Source: a virus. From it: a DNA stretch of 64,000 nt. Numbering within the stretch: position 1 is the first letter of the stretch; every line of letters starts with the position of its first letter. Positions 10,701 through 19,094 of the stretch are shown here, one piece after another. The stretch spans positions 8,855 to 72,854 of IMG/VR virus record IMGVR_UViG_3300045131_002121. One strand, written 5' to 3'. The position numbers and the translations under genes are program-made. The notes under the pieces were generated by a model. It was not told the origin of the DNA. It saw only the letters and a program-made list of their open reading frames with translations, and did no database searches.

Positions 10701-13010
10701 GCCTCCACGACCTATGTCAACAACGACTATAGTTCGGCCAACAATAACGTAGATGCTACCGCCAGTGCCAATATCGCCGCAGGCAGCACGATTAACTCGT
10801 TGCGGTCCATTGCTACCGCCACGCTCACCCTCGCTGGCAATCTGACTATCAATTCTGGTGGTATCCTAATGGACCCCGGGGCCGGCAATAAAACGTACAG
10901 CATCACCGGCGGGACGCTTCGTTCCGGTGTTGATGAATTGATCATCTTCGGTAACTATGGGGCTGGAAATGCTCTGACCATCAGTTCTCAGATCACCGGT
11001 GCAAACCCGCAGAACATCACGTTGGCCGGCGACAATACTCGCACCACGGTCACCCTCTCCAACGCCAGCAACTCGGTTGGCAACATCTACATCTATGGCG
11101 GCACGTTGATTTCCAGCGTCGCCGGGGCACTTACTACCGGCAGTACCGACACGATCTATATGTTCGGCGGCTTTCTCAGTTTTCCCAACAGCACGACGCA
11201 GGACTACGCCGGCCGCAAACTCGTCGTCGGCCCAGCCGGCAGCACTTACATCGACGGGGGTACAGCAGCGGTGAGTTCGCTAGGCGGTGCGGTCACGCTC
11301 AACGGCAACCTGAACGTCACGGGTTTGGGCAACAAGACTCTCTCCGGCAACATTGGCACCGCACTCGGCATCGAGGGTGGTGGGCAGGGCACGATCACAG
11401 CCCAGACCAATGCCGGGCGACTCACCCTCAGCGGCAACAACCAATACTGGACCGGCGGCCTGAGGGTTGGCAACGGCATGCAGGTACGTCTGAATCACGC
11501 CAATGCCGCTGGCAGCGGTCCCCTCGTCAACCACGGGGCCATCGGCATCATCGAGTTCACCAGTAACTTCGGCACGAGTCTGGCCAACGATGTCATCGGC
11601 TCGGTTAGTACATCCGAGACCCTCATCAGTAACGCGAAGACCGACGCAGCGGTAACCCTGAGTGGTCGGATCTATTCCGTCGGCGGCCTGACCTTCCAGG
11701 GCTACGACAACGCAGGTGCCGTCAGCGAAACCGTCCTATCCGGCACCCTGTCCATCTCTGGCATCCCCGACATCTATTCTTACGGCGATACCTCCAACCT
11801 ACAGCGCTTCGTCAATGGCCAGGGCGGCATCAACTCAGGCATCACCAAGTACCAGACCACCACGGCGTTGACCTATGGCACCGCTGGTTTCCTGGCCTAT
11901 GCGGGTGGCACCACGACGGCGGTCGAAAACGGCGCCGAGGGCTATGTCCGGTTTAGTGGCGCCAACAGTTTCATCCCCGGTGCCGTCGGACCCGGATACC
12001 TCGCAGCCCTCCGCAAGGGGGGTGCCAGCGCTTTGAACTACGGCTACCTACTCACCGCAGGCAGCACCTACAGGCTTCCCCAAGGAAAATCCTTTGTCCT
12101 CGGCACCCTGGGCTCCGGCACCGCCCAGGTCGGCACCCTGGGCGCCACGGGTTCTGGAACCGCCAACCTGGATGGTGGCACCAAACATGAGGCCAGCACC
12201 GGCCAACTCCTCGCCGGTCTCTACGGCGGCGACATCAATATCCACGGCAACGCCAGCGGGGATACCGGGAGTCTCAAACTCCTGACCCGGGACGCCGACA
12301 CCACCCTGGTCCTGGGCAATACAAGCCAAGTCGTGTTCACCCCAACCTGGGGCGACAGCGGTGGCCAGTCCTGCATGACATTGATGCGCCACCGCAGTGG
12401 CAACACCACGCTGCGCAAAACTGGTCTGGGTACCCTGGTAGTCAAGAACACTGCCTATAACCAGGTCAGTGGAGTCGATGCCCGTGGTACCTTTACCTGG
12501 CAAGTCGATGCTGGAACCCTGCGGTATGATCAGGTTGATACCGGCACCGACGCCGATTATTTGGGTTTCAACGTCAATAGCACTGCAACCCTGGCTGGAT
12601 CGGGAACGATCAAGGCAAGTGTATCCGTGGTCTCCGGTACTCTCAACCCAGGCAGTGCGACGAGCCCAGCAGCGTTGACCATGAAGTCACTCACGCTGAA
12701 CGACTCCAGTGCGGTAGTCGCCCTTGATCTCGCCGGGGATACCGCGGGGACCCAGTATGACCAGCTCGTGATCCCAAGCGGAGGTGATGGTGTTTTCCTG
12801 AACAATGCCACGCTTGCCATTGTATTGAGCTATTCTCCTGCTGTAGGTAAAGTATTTACCATTATTGACAGGCAGTCCGCCGGGGCCGTCACCGGGGTGT
12901 TCAATGGGCTCGCCGAGGGTGCCACTGTTGCGAGCACGGGGATCACGCGTAATTTCACCATATCATACGTTGGCGGCGACGGGAATGATGTCACACTAAC
13001 CGCGCAATAA
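7779..13010 (+). CDS. Large beta-helix protein with autotransporter-associated (passenger) repeats; probable receptor-binding/adhesin fibre
   Basis: LYWDTNG...GTW...W N-terminus; NYTGSTTV, LTLSGNNQYWTGG and LRKTGLGTLVV repeats; C-terminal YDQL...FTII...FNGLAEGA...ISYVGGDGNDVTL; ATG at 7779 right after the upstream stop is preferred over 7719. Confidence 0.8.
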   Translation: MPIGGGNIMYPSAAYAPITLYWDTNGTSIGATNSTTATGTWGTNNFWSTDPAGLVATRAWIPGGDAVFSAGSNATGVYTVTVSGLQPVRNITVRNGTITFTTGTLQIAPSAQWYNETSNLVSVTAGIRYTNTLTLKSGAWVITSAASVGTAGVTLDGNGVWVRSGHANSFGTGILTLKDGKLSSDSGAARAFTSGLLISASITLGDLTNTGALSFGSSQSITNPAVITALSNVTFGTNMTWDGNAITFRGPGVVTQTSTIPAASHTGSITIGDGTTFSGNNVGGIVSVGSQNNLGSGEVTVNYGGSLLFSGLFTPTNIITVNAGGTLNALSNVHGVYGSAPGTLIVRSMATLAEVSNTEFRVTGNTFPAAGVLIGANNGNRLFIGDRDGSYINSQPYPILTGTMVFNQVGPNAANGFFFGPLNTGTAPTIAFNNSVPLVSGINFNGTTLGGDLTLAGSGNTGLTGLVPTGAAGVLGTVSGNHAVTVNMAPTGAVSLTDHATTKLTTLTVNSGTAIVSTDLGSNTAQLNGGGIRMGTAISSAINVGANGGVLETASALSYTGNLTATAGASNLVLRSAGGALTIATGTNTGLNAGITLATAGTPRSVYFNGTATQLPNAAYNITIPAGISFGGTAVNTSAYTNKGRFVLQSGTTDAVYDIDAHDTSPNLSDTGLDKDVWIGLSGTALAASGYTLRTTGSYQNDYRVVPIATTTQNNTVFTGAGKNLIVSTGVVPTDVNSSATDVLGSGFALTITAAQNYTGSTTVQGTVKNALMGGGVSGPTLGIGALGDLSGTTGITLDKSATMITSGGPANYGRITAANVPITVKGGAMLTDGSLNNNENIGVTDRIVTSADLTLGGDTGGGAFRMAFPVSGIHAQTLDALTVNAGYSAITSINSGSTANLTFSGGAKVTRSTGGVLAIATVTNYNIAFTAAPNATGMVSGGTYPILIGVVRGPSVGGGIQPTEWVAAGAGGLASTTYVNNDYSSANNNVDATASANIAAGSTINSLRSIATATLTLAGNLTINSGGILMDPGAGNKTYSITGGTLRSGVDELIIFGNYGAGNALTISSQITGANPQNITLAGDNTRTTVTLSNASNSVGNIYIYGGTLISSVAGALTTGSTDTIYMFGGFLSFPNSTTQDYAGRKLVVGPAGSTYIDGGTAAVSSLGGAVTLNGNLNVTGLGNKTLSGNIGTALGIEGGGQGTITAQTNAGRLTLSGNNQYWTGGLRVGNGMQVRLNHANAAGSGPLVNHGAIGIIEFTSNFGTSLANDVIGSVSTSETLISNAKTDAAVTLSGRIYSVGGLTFQGYDNAGAVSETVLSGTLSISGIPDIYSYGDTSNLQRFVNGQGGINSGITKYQTTTALTYGTAGFLAYAGGTTTAVENGAEGYVRFSGANSFIPGAVGPGYLAALRKGGASALNYGYLLTAGSTYRLPQGKSFVLGTLGSGTAQVGTLGATGSGTANLDGGTKHEASTGQLLAGLYGGDINIHGNASGDTGSLKLLTRDADTTLVLGNTSQVVFTPTWGDSGGQSCMTLMRHRSGNTTLRKTGLGTLVVKNTAYNQVSGVDARGTFTWQVDAGTLRYDQVDTGTDADYLGFNVNSTATLAGSGTIKASVSVVSGTLNPGSATSPAALTMKSLTLNDSSAVVALDLAGDTAGTQYDQLVIPSGGDGVFLNNATLAIVLSYSPAVGKVFTIIDRQSAGAVTGVFNGLAEGATVASTGITRNFTISYVGGDGNDVTLTAQ

Positions 13011-13026
13011 CGAAAGAGAGATAGCC

Positions 13027-13611
13027 ATGCCCTACAAGATACCTAAATATACCCCAAACGTGGAACCCGGGGAAAAGCGGCGGCGCATCTGGCGCAACGA
13101 GAATGAGAATCCGCTGTCGGGTACTCCCTATGCACGGATGCACGAAGAAGAGGCGGTCCTCGTCGAGGATGACGACGGCAACCTCGTCGAGCGCTCATTT
13201 GGCAATCGCCCACCACCCCTGACGCATGTCCCCAAGGACCCCAACGAAGTCGTCGAACTCAGGAGTCTCGTGGATGACACCTTGCTCGGGCAGACCACGC
13301 TAGGCATGGTTCATACCATGATCTACTCCCTGGGCCGTCACATGCAGAAACTCCGCGATATCGCGGAGACCGCACGTATCAAGGCAGAGGAAGTCGCCGC
13401 GGCCACGGAGGCCGCACGTCTCGCCCGTGTAGCCGCCGACAATGCCTTATGTGATGCCGGCCGCCTCGCCGATTTCGCCGCTGCGCTGCCTGCAGGTGAA
13501 GAGAAGGTCGCCGCTGAACAGATAGCATTGGATGCCGCTGCAGCAGCTGCGCTTCTGGTCGCCGAAGCCGACAGGCTGGATGCCGTTCTCGCCGCGCTCA
13601 TCGCATCCTAG
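13027..13611 (+). CDS. Hypothetical protein, possible fibre assembly chaperone; Ala-rich coiled-coil C-terminus
   Basis: Directly downstream of the fibre genes; GAGAG RBS-like. Confidence 0.5.
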   Translation: MPYKIPKYTPNVEPGEKRRRIWRNENENPLSGTPYARMHEEEAVLVEDDDGNLVERSFGNRPPPLTHVPKDPNEVVELRSLVDDTLLGQTTLGMVHTMIYSLGRHMQKLRDIAETARIKAEEVAAATEAARLARVAADNALCDAGRLADFAAALPAGEEKVAAEQIALDAAAAAALLVAEADRLDAVLAALIAS

Positions 13612-13764
13612 TACATCGGATGAACCCGCGTGGAGATGTCGTGCCAGGCGGGTAGGTTGCTCTCTGGATGGCTGCCATCAGAATCCTCATTACTCACCTG
13701 CTCGCAGCAGGAGGTGAGTACACCCACCCATGCCTGCGTAGTCAGGCTTTTTCAAGGAGATTCC

Positions 13765-14160
13765 ATGAAGATTTCAAACCGCGGCATCCTCGAGCTTCGT
13801 CAGGCCCTGATCGCTCTCGATGGACTCCCAACCCCGACGTCTCTTGAGAACAGGAACGCGCAGACGTATTTGAAACCATATGACTTCACGGGAACCGTGC
13901 GTTTCAGAATTGGTAAGACACTGAATGCACTTAAACCAATAGCGGAAGCCATTGAAAAGGCGGGCGATGAAGTCACCCGGAAGTATGCTGTGGATAACAT
14001 GATTCCGGGGCCAATGGTGAGTGCGTACACCGTTGAGCGCACCGAACTCATGGATGTCGAGAATGAAATCGACATTCCCAAATTGACTGAAGCCGATCTC
14101 AAACTCGACGTCAATGCGATCCCCGGCAGCGTCCTCAGCATTTTGTCCGTTATGATGTGA
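13765..14160 (+). CDS. Hypothetical phage protein (131 aa; weak resemblance to DUF1617-type fibre-associated proteins)
   Basis: AAGGAG RBS before ATG 13765 (MKISNRG...), preferred over the 13630 start; helical sequence. Confidence 0.6.
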   Translation: MKISNRGILELRQALIALDGLPTPTSLENRNAQTYLKPYDFTGTVRFRIGKTLNALKPIAEAIEKAGDEVTRKYAVDNMIPGPMVSAYTVERTELMDVENEIDIPKLTEADLKLDVNAIPGSVLSILSVMM

Positions 14161-14191
14161 TCTCATCGCGTGGTCCACGCAGGAGCCCAAG

Positions 14192-15013
14192 ATGCCTATT
14201 GTCGGTGATGCCAAGAAAGTTCGGAACTCCATGGAAGACACCTACGGCAGTAAGGAAAAGGCCGAACGCGTGTTTTATGCGACTGCGAATAAGCAGAAGC
14301 GTGACCACAAGAACTGGAAGAAGGAGGCCTGGGAGCTCGGCCTTGGAAAGGTGGCTGTGGAGATCCTCCGTGGAGGTGAAGGTGACGGGATCGCCGCTGA
14401 TCAACTCGATCCCCAGGCACTTGCCAAGGGAATGAAAGAAGAGGGGGAGCACACATCCAATCTGGCCCTGCGCAAAGAGATCGCCACTGATCACCTCGCC
14501 AAGGATCGCAAGTATTACGATAAGCTGGAAAAGATGGAGAAGAAGGCGGTTGCACCACCTCCATCGACTCAGCTTCCAGTGGCTAAGCTCCCAGGCCCAG
14601 GGACAGGTGCAACTAGGCCACCGATCCAGAACAGGCCGGTGACATCAACCACGCAGCTTCCCCAGCAACCCCCTGCGCAAAAAGGCGGCGGCCTCCAACT
14701 GATCCCTAATAATGGACCCTGTGATCAAGTTGTACCACCTCAGAATAGATCGAAGACTTTGAAGACTTCGGTGGCCGGTGGGGTCCCCGGGGGTAAGGCA
14801 AGTGTTACGAGCCCAATTGGAGCCCACGCGGCATCGACATCGATGACCACTCCGGTATCGCCTCAAATAGGCTCAGTGGCTCAGCCATTGAAGTCCCCGG
14901 CGAGTCCTGGGTTCTCAGATGACCTCAGTGCATCGCAACCCACCCAGGTGAAGACATCAGTTGAACTCCGCAGACTCGGCGCCTATGCGATCCGGTATCT
15001 CGGAGGCATCTGA
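14192..15013 (+). CDS. Multimodule protein with DUF5661-like domain and Pro-rich tail
   Basis: AGGAG RBS; LAKGMKEEGEHT...KEIATDHL......YYDKLEKME matches the DUF5661 pattern; modules are separated by KEA/KVA/KKA. Confidence 0.7.
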   Translation: MPIVGDAKKVRNSMEDTYGSKEKAERVFYATANKQKRDHKNWKKEAWELGLGKVAVEILRGGEGDGIAADQLDPQALAKGMKEEGEHTSNLALRKEIATDHLAKDRKYYDKLEKMEKKAVAPPPSTQLPVAKLPGPGTGATRPPIQNRPVTSTTQLPQQPPAQKGGGLQLIPNNGPCDQVVPPQNRSKTLKTSVAGGVPGGKASVTSPIGAHAASTSMTTPVSPQIGSVAQPLKSPASPGFSDDLSASQPTQVKTSVELRRLGAYAIRYLGGI

Positions 15014-17100
15014 TGCGTGCTGAGACCAAGATTCCATCTCCGGGTCGGGGTAGTGATCGCCCCGTGACCAATACACCCATGGCAACACCCACGGGTGGGA
15101 ATCCTGTCAAGGCAACCAATGCCCACATGGTCGAGGGCAAAACCTTTCTTGAACTGTTCAGTGGTGGCGACTGCAGGGGGACCTCAGAGGACCACGACCT
15201 CCCATCTCCTGCGGAGCGGGTGTGGACCAATGCGAAGAAGATGCTGCCGGCGAAACCCAAGGATGTCGAGCCCGATGCGGCGACCTGGGCGAAGCAGCGC
15301 AGGGATCACAGCTTCGCCAGGGGTCTTGGCAAGAAAGCCGCTGAGAACGAACCTACACCTGATAAGCACGAGGGCTCCCCATCACAACTCCTGCGCCCGA
15401 GATCCGAACTCATCGCCTTCGATAAGGATGGTGTCGTCGGCATCGACAAGGGTGACTACATCCTGTTCCCTGGTGGGGGCATCGATGACGGCGAACCCCC
15501 GTTACTCGCCGCGATTCGGGAAGCCATCGAGGAAGCCGATCTCAAGATCATTTCTCCGGAGACCCGTGAGATCGTAGAATCGATTTGGCCAAGTGGGGTC
15601 AACGACTTCTGGGATGACTCCGCATTCGATGGCGAACGCACCTATTTCTTCACTGGGGTCCACGAAGGCAAACTGGGGACCACGCACCCGGATCGGGAGG
15701 ATTTCGATGTGATCCCCTTTGCTACGCTGATCACCAGGCTAAAAGAACTCATTGCCAAGAACGACTGGGCCAAGAGGGCTAACGAGGTCCGCCTCGAACT
15801 CGTCGAGGCCGCCAGGGACATGGCGAAGAAGGATCCCGAGCTCAAGGGCAAGAAGTTGGCCAGTGTACCCCGCCAGCATCACGGCTGGGCGCTGTACCGT
15901 AACAGTCTTCGGCGCATCTATGCCCCCAAGGATCCCAAGGTCTTCGTGAAGGCGCTCCAGGACCTCGAGGCTGTCCATGGCCACTACTTCGATGAGGTCC
16001 GGAGATTCCCTGATGGCAGAGTCCTGGTTGTCCTCCGCAGCGGGGATGCCCCGACCAACGGGGACTTCACGATGGCCAAGCACACCAACACTATCGCCGA
16101 GAAGCATGCCGCGGAGATCTCGGGGTCCATGAGAACCCAGAAGTTCCAGGACAAGGTGCCCTCGGCGGCCCCAGGGCTCCTCGTCGACCTCGATGGTACC
16201 GTGGTCGCCGAATGGGATGACGACGCCGGCATCGAGGCCACCCAGAAGGTACAACCCGGGGTCAAAGAGCTCCTGCAGAAGTTTAAGGCTGCAGGGGTCC
16301 GCATCATCGGGGTCACCAATCGCAGTATCATGGGTACGAACACACTGCCCGATCTCCTCGACTTCAATGAGGAAACCCTTGAGCTCCTCCCTGAAATCGA
16401 CGACATCGTGTTCTGCACGGATTGCGAAGACGCGGGCAGGAAGCCATCCCCCTCGATGCTCGAATACGCCGAGGAAGCGTTTTCCCTGGATCCCGTGCTC
16501 TGCATGGTCGGTAACTCCCCTGATGACAAGGGTGCCGCGGAAGCCGCTGGGGTCACCTACTTCGATGGAGACGAGTTTTTCACAGGCGGGGTCGGAGATG
16601 ACGTACTGGCCACGCACACCGAGATGCCATTGAAGAAGCAGGCAGATGCTGCCGCGCTGCTTCCTAAAACTGAGTACGTCTATTTGGACCCCGAAGGTAA
16701 AGTATTGGTCCGACGTGACAGCAACCGTCGGTTTCATTTCCCCACCGAGGGTAAGGGGGCCCCTGCACCTTACTCGTCCAACGTCCGCGTTCTTCCCGAT
16801 GAGGGCGTCGCGGAGCCTGGGTACCACGGCTACGACTACGCCTTTCATCTCGGTGAAGGCGAGGCACCTGTGGATTTCCCCGGTGAGTGGATCCCCCATG
16901 ACCAGGTCCTCAAGCAGGTCTACGGGTCCATGGGCCTAGCCATCAATAAGCCATTCCGTAATCTTGATCGTGCCAGGGCACGGGTGATTCATCGCGCGAT
17001 TCGGAAGTCGAAGGCGGTGAAGCCGGAGACCCCGGAGATCCAGAACCCAGAAGAAGTCGCACAGGTTACACCGGTGCCCTCACAGGAGTCGCAGTCATGA
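15013..17100 (+). CDS. Multidomain protein: NUDIX hydrolase + pterin-carbinolamine-dehydratase-like domain + HAD phosphatase + degenerate NUDIX-like domain
   Basis: Nudix box GGGIDDGEPPLLAAIREAIEEAD (15472-15540); HAD motifs DLDGT, VTN, RKPSP and MVGNS.DD (class IIIA, GmhB/PNKP-like); the middle domain resembles the PCD/DCoH fold. Confidence 0.8.
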   Translation: MRAETKIPSPGRGSDRPVTNTPMATPTGGNPVKATNAHMVEGKTFLELFSGGDCRGTSEDHDLPSPAERVWTNAKKMLPAKPKDVEPDAATWAKQRRDHSFARGLGKKAAENEPTPDKHEGSPSQLLRPRSELIAFDKDGVVGIDKGDYILFPGGGIDDGEPPLLAAIREAIEEADLKIISPETREIVESIWPSGVNDFWDDSAFDGERTYFFTGVHEGKLGTTHPDREDFDVIPFATLITRLKELIAKNDWAKRANEVRLELVEAARDMAKKDPELKGKKLASVPRQHHGWALYRNSLRRIYAPKDPKVFVKALQDLEAVHGHYFDEVRRFPDGRVLVVLRSGDAPTNGDFTMAKHTNTIAEKHAAEISGSMRTQKFQDKVPSAAPGLLVDLDGTVVAEWDDDAGIEATQKVQPGVKELLQKFKAAGVRIIGVTNRSIMGTNTLPDLLDFNEETLELLPEIDDIVFCTDCEDAGRKPSPSMLEYAEEAFSLDPVLCMVGNSPDDKGAAEAAGVTYFDGDEFFTGGVGDDVLATHTEMPLKKQADAAALLPKTEYVYLDPEGKVLVRRDSNRRFHFPTEGKGAPAPYSSNVRVLPDEGVAEPGYHGYDYAFHLGEGEAPVDFPGEWIPHDQVLKQVYGSMGLAINKPFRNLDRARARVIHRAIRKSKAVKPETPEIQNPEEVAQVTPVPSQESQS

Positions 17101-18200
17101 GTCCATCTAAAATCATGCTTTTCTACCTGACTCGCAAAGTCGCGGCTTCCAGGATATTTAACCCCATAGTCATGGGGTCCACTATAGGTGTAGGGGCTGG
17201 GGTGGGTGCTCACGCCGCTGGTGAAAATTTACCTGCAGCGATTAGTGATGCGGTCACACTTGGTATGATTGGTGGTTCCGCATTCAGTAGAGGCACTAAA
17301 CGTAAGCTCTTTGGTGGAGACGCCGGGCAGGCCCGACGAGATCTCCAGGCAGGCAATCTTGCTAACTCCTCGGTCTGGAAACACAACCCGGTGACTGGAA
17401 AGCGCGAGTTCACCTTTTTCGATGATGAGCTAAACGCACAACGCTCCGTAGCACACGACTCACCGGGGGTGATCGATGTACTCAAGGATAAGTCTTCCGC
17501 GATCACCAACCGCGCGATTATGAGAGACCTCGTGGCCAATAAACTAGGTCTAACCGCACTTACCGCTGGTGCACGTGGTGCAGTCGAGCTGGCAGGCGTC
17601 ACTGGCGACATCAAGGCTGTCACTGGGGAGGCCAAGAATCAGCTCACTGGTGATAAAGGTTTGCTTGCAGACACCTCGGCCAAAGTCAGAAACGTGACTA
17701 ACCGCGCTGATAAAGCAGTTGGTAATCTTGAGAGAGGGGTTGATAGCGCTGTAAAGAATACTGAACAAGCTGGGAAGGACATAGTCTCGGTAACTGGTAA
17801 CGCTGCGGCGGCATCCAAGTCACTCCCCGACATACTGACGAACACCAACAAGGCGATTGATAATCTAGGTGCAGTAGGACCCGCAGCTGCTGCGCTGCCA
17901 ACAGCAATTGACTCCCTTGGGAAAAACGTCAATAAGGGGTTACAGTCGACCGCAGGTAGCATGGACTCCCTGGCCAAATCAACTGAGAGGGTAACTAACT
18001 TCTTAACAGATCCAAAGAATTATGCTATTGCTGGTGCCGGGATAGCCACCCTTGGGTTAGGGTATATCCTGTACAAGGCGTTGACAGATAAGGAAGACGA
18101 GGCTCCGACCCAAAAGGCCCCGCGTGCACCACGTAGCGCGGGTCCGCGTACCAAGTATGCCCCCGCAGATCACTCACACCCCGAATTTAAGCCGGCATGA
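17097..18200 (+). CDS. Membrane-anchored coiled-coil protein with KVA leader (367 aa)
   Basis: Gly-rich N-terminal hydrophobic segments, heptad-like middle, C-terminal TM AIAGAGIATLGLGYILYK followed by DKEDE. Confidence 0.65.
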   Translation: MSPSKIMLFYLTRKVAASRIFNPIVMGSTIGVGAGVGAHAAGENLPAAISDAVTLGMIGGSAFSRGTKRKLFGGDAGQARRDLQAGNLANSSVWKHNPVTGKREFTFFDDELNAQRSVAHDSPGVIDVLKDKSSAITNRAIMRDLVANKLGLTALTAGARGAVELAGVTGDIKAVTGEAKNQLTGDKGLLADTSAKVRNVTNRADKAVGNLERGVDSAVKNTEQAGKDIVSVTGNAAAASKSLPDILTNTNKAIDNLGAVGPAAAALPTAIDSLGKNVNKGLQSTAGSMDSLAKSTERVTNFLTDPKNYAIAGAGIATLGLGYILYKALTDKEDEAPTQKAPRAPRSAGPRTKYAPADHSHPEFKPA

Positions 18201-19060
18201 TGGCGTCTGGCATGTTCGGAGTCGTCGATGTCGTCGACGTCCACGGTGCCCGGCAGCTCCGAATCAATGGGCAGGTCCAGGGAGCCTCATTTCTGGAGCC
18301 CCCATCTGAACACGGGGGTCCCGGGGTTGTCTCGGCGTCCCCGTACACCGCGGGCTGGTTGGCCGCCGCGGTGATGAACCACAACGGCAGAGGCCTCATG
18401 GTGGGCTTGGGTAGTGGGGCCGGTGCCATCACGGTACTCGCCAACTTCCCTGGAGTCTGTCTCGATGTCGTCGAGATCGATCCCGTCGCGGTCCACATGT
18501 GCAAGCAAGGATTCCCGGAGGTCAACGCCGCCATTGAATCCGGCCGACTCCGTGTTTTCACCGCTGACGCCCTCGCCCTGATCCCACTCATCTCGAGGTG
18601 CCCCCGGGATAGGTACCACTACGATTTCATTCTTCACGACGCCTATGATGGCAAATCACTGATCACCGGGGATCAAGTCGACTTCTTCAAGTCCTGTGCA
18701 GCGGTTACTCCGAACATCTGGATCAACATCATTGGGCGCCCCAACATTGATCCCATGAAGACTTTGCTTCAGGATCTCGGCACCGCTGGGGTCGCCCCTC
18801 ACAGTCTCTTCTTCGCTGACCACACCTTGTTGCAGCCCTTTGATACCAACACTGCGGGGAACCACAACTGGATAGTCTCGACGCAGGAGACAAACCCAGA
18901 GCTCCTCGATTCATTTACCCCGCATGCCGACACCGAGGGGGAAACCCCGGCGGCGCAGCGGAATCTCCATGGGGTCCGTGTGCTCTGGGAACGTGTTTTA
19001 CAGACCGAGATCTCGGGTCCCGAGCTGGACGCCTATGTCGCAGGGCTTGACGCTCAGTGA
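18197..19060 (+). CDS. Spermidine-synthase-like class I SAM-dependent transferase
   Basis: LMVGLGSGAG, DVVEIDP, ADA and YDFILHDAYDG motifs. Confidence 0.8.
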   Translation: MMASGMFGVVDVVDVHGARQLRINGQVQGASFLEPPSEHGGPGVVSASPYTAGWLAAAVMNHNGRGLMVGLGSGAGAITVLANFPGVCLDVVEIDPVAVHMCKQGFPEVNAAIESGRLRVFTADALALIPLISRCPRDRYHYDFILHDAYDGKSLITGDQVDFFKSCAAVTPNIWINIIGRPNIDPMKTLLQDLGTAGVAPHSLFFADHTLLQPFDTNTAGNHNWIVSTQETNPELLDSFTPHADTEGETPAAQRNLHGVRVLWERVLQTEISGPELDAYVAGLDAQ

Positions 19061-19094
19061 ACCCCGTCGAGACTTCCAGCATAAGGAATAACTC

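Noticed and set aside
7719-13010. A true type V autotransporter starting at 7719
   Set aside because: No signal peptide or C-terminal beta-barrel; the 7719 start overlaps the upstream gene and ATG 7779 fits better
5207-13010. Diversity-generating retroelement acting on the fibre genes
   Set aside because: No reverse transcriptase and no TR/VR pair differing only at adenines seen in this window
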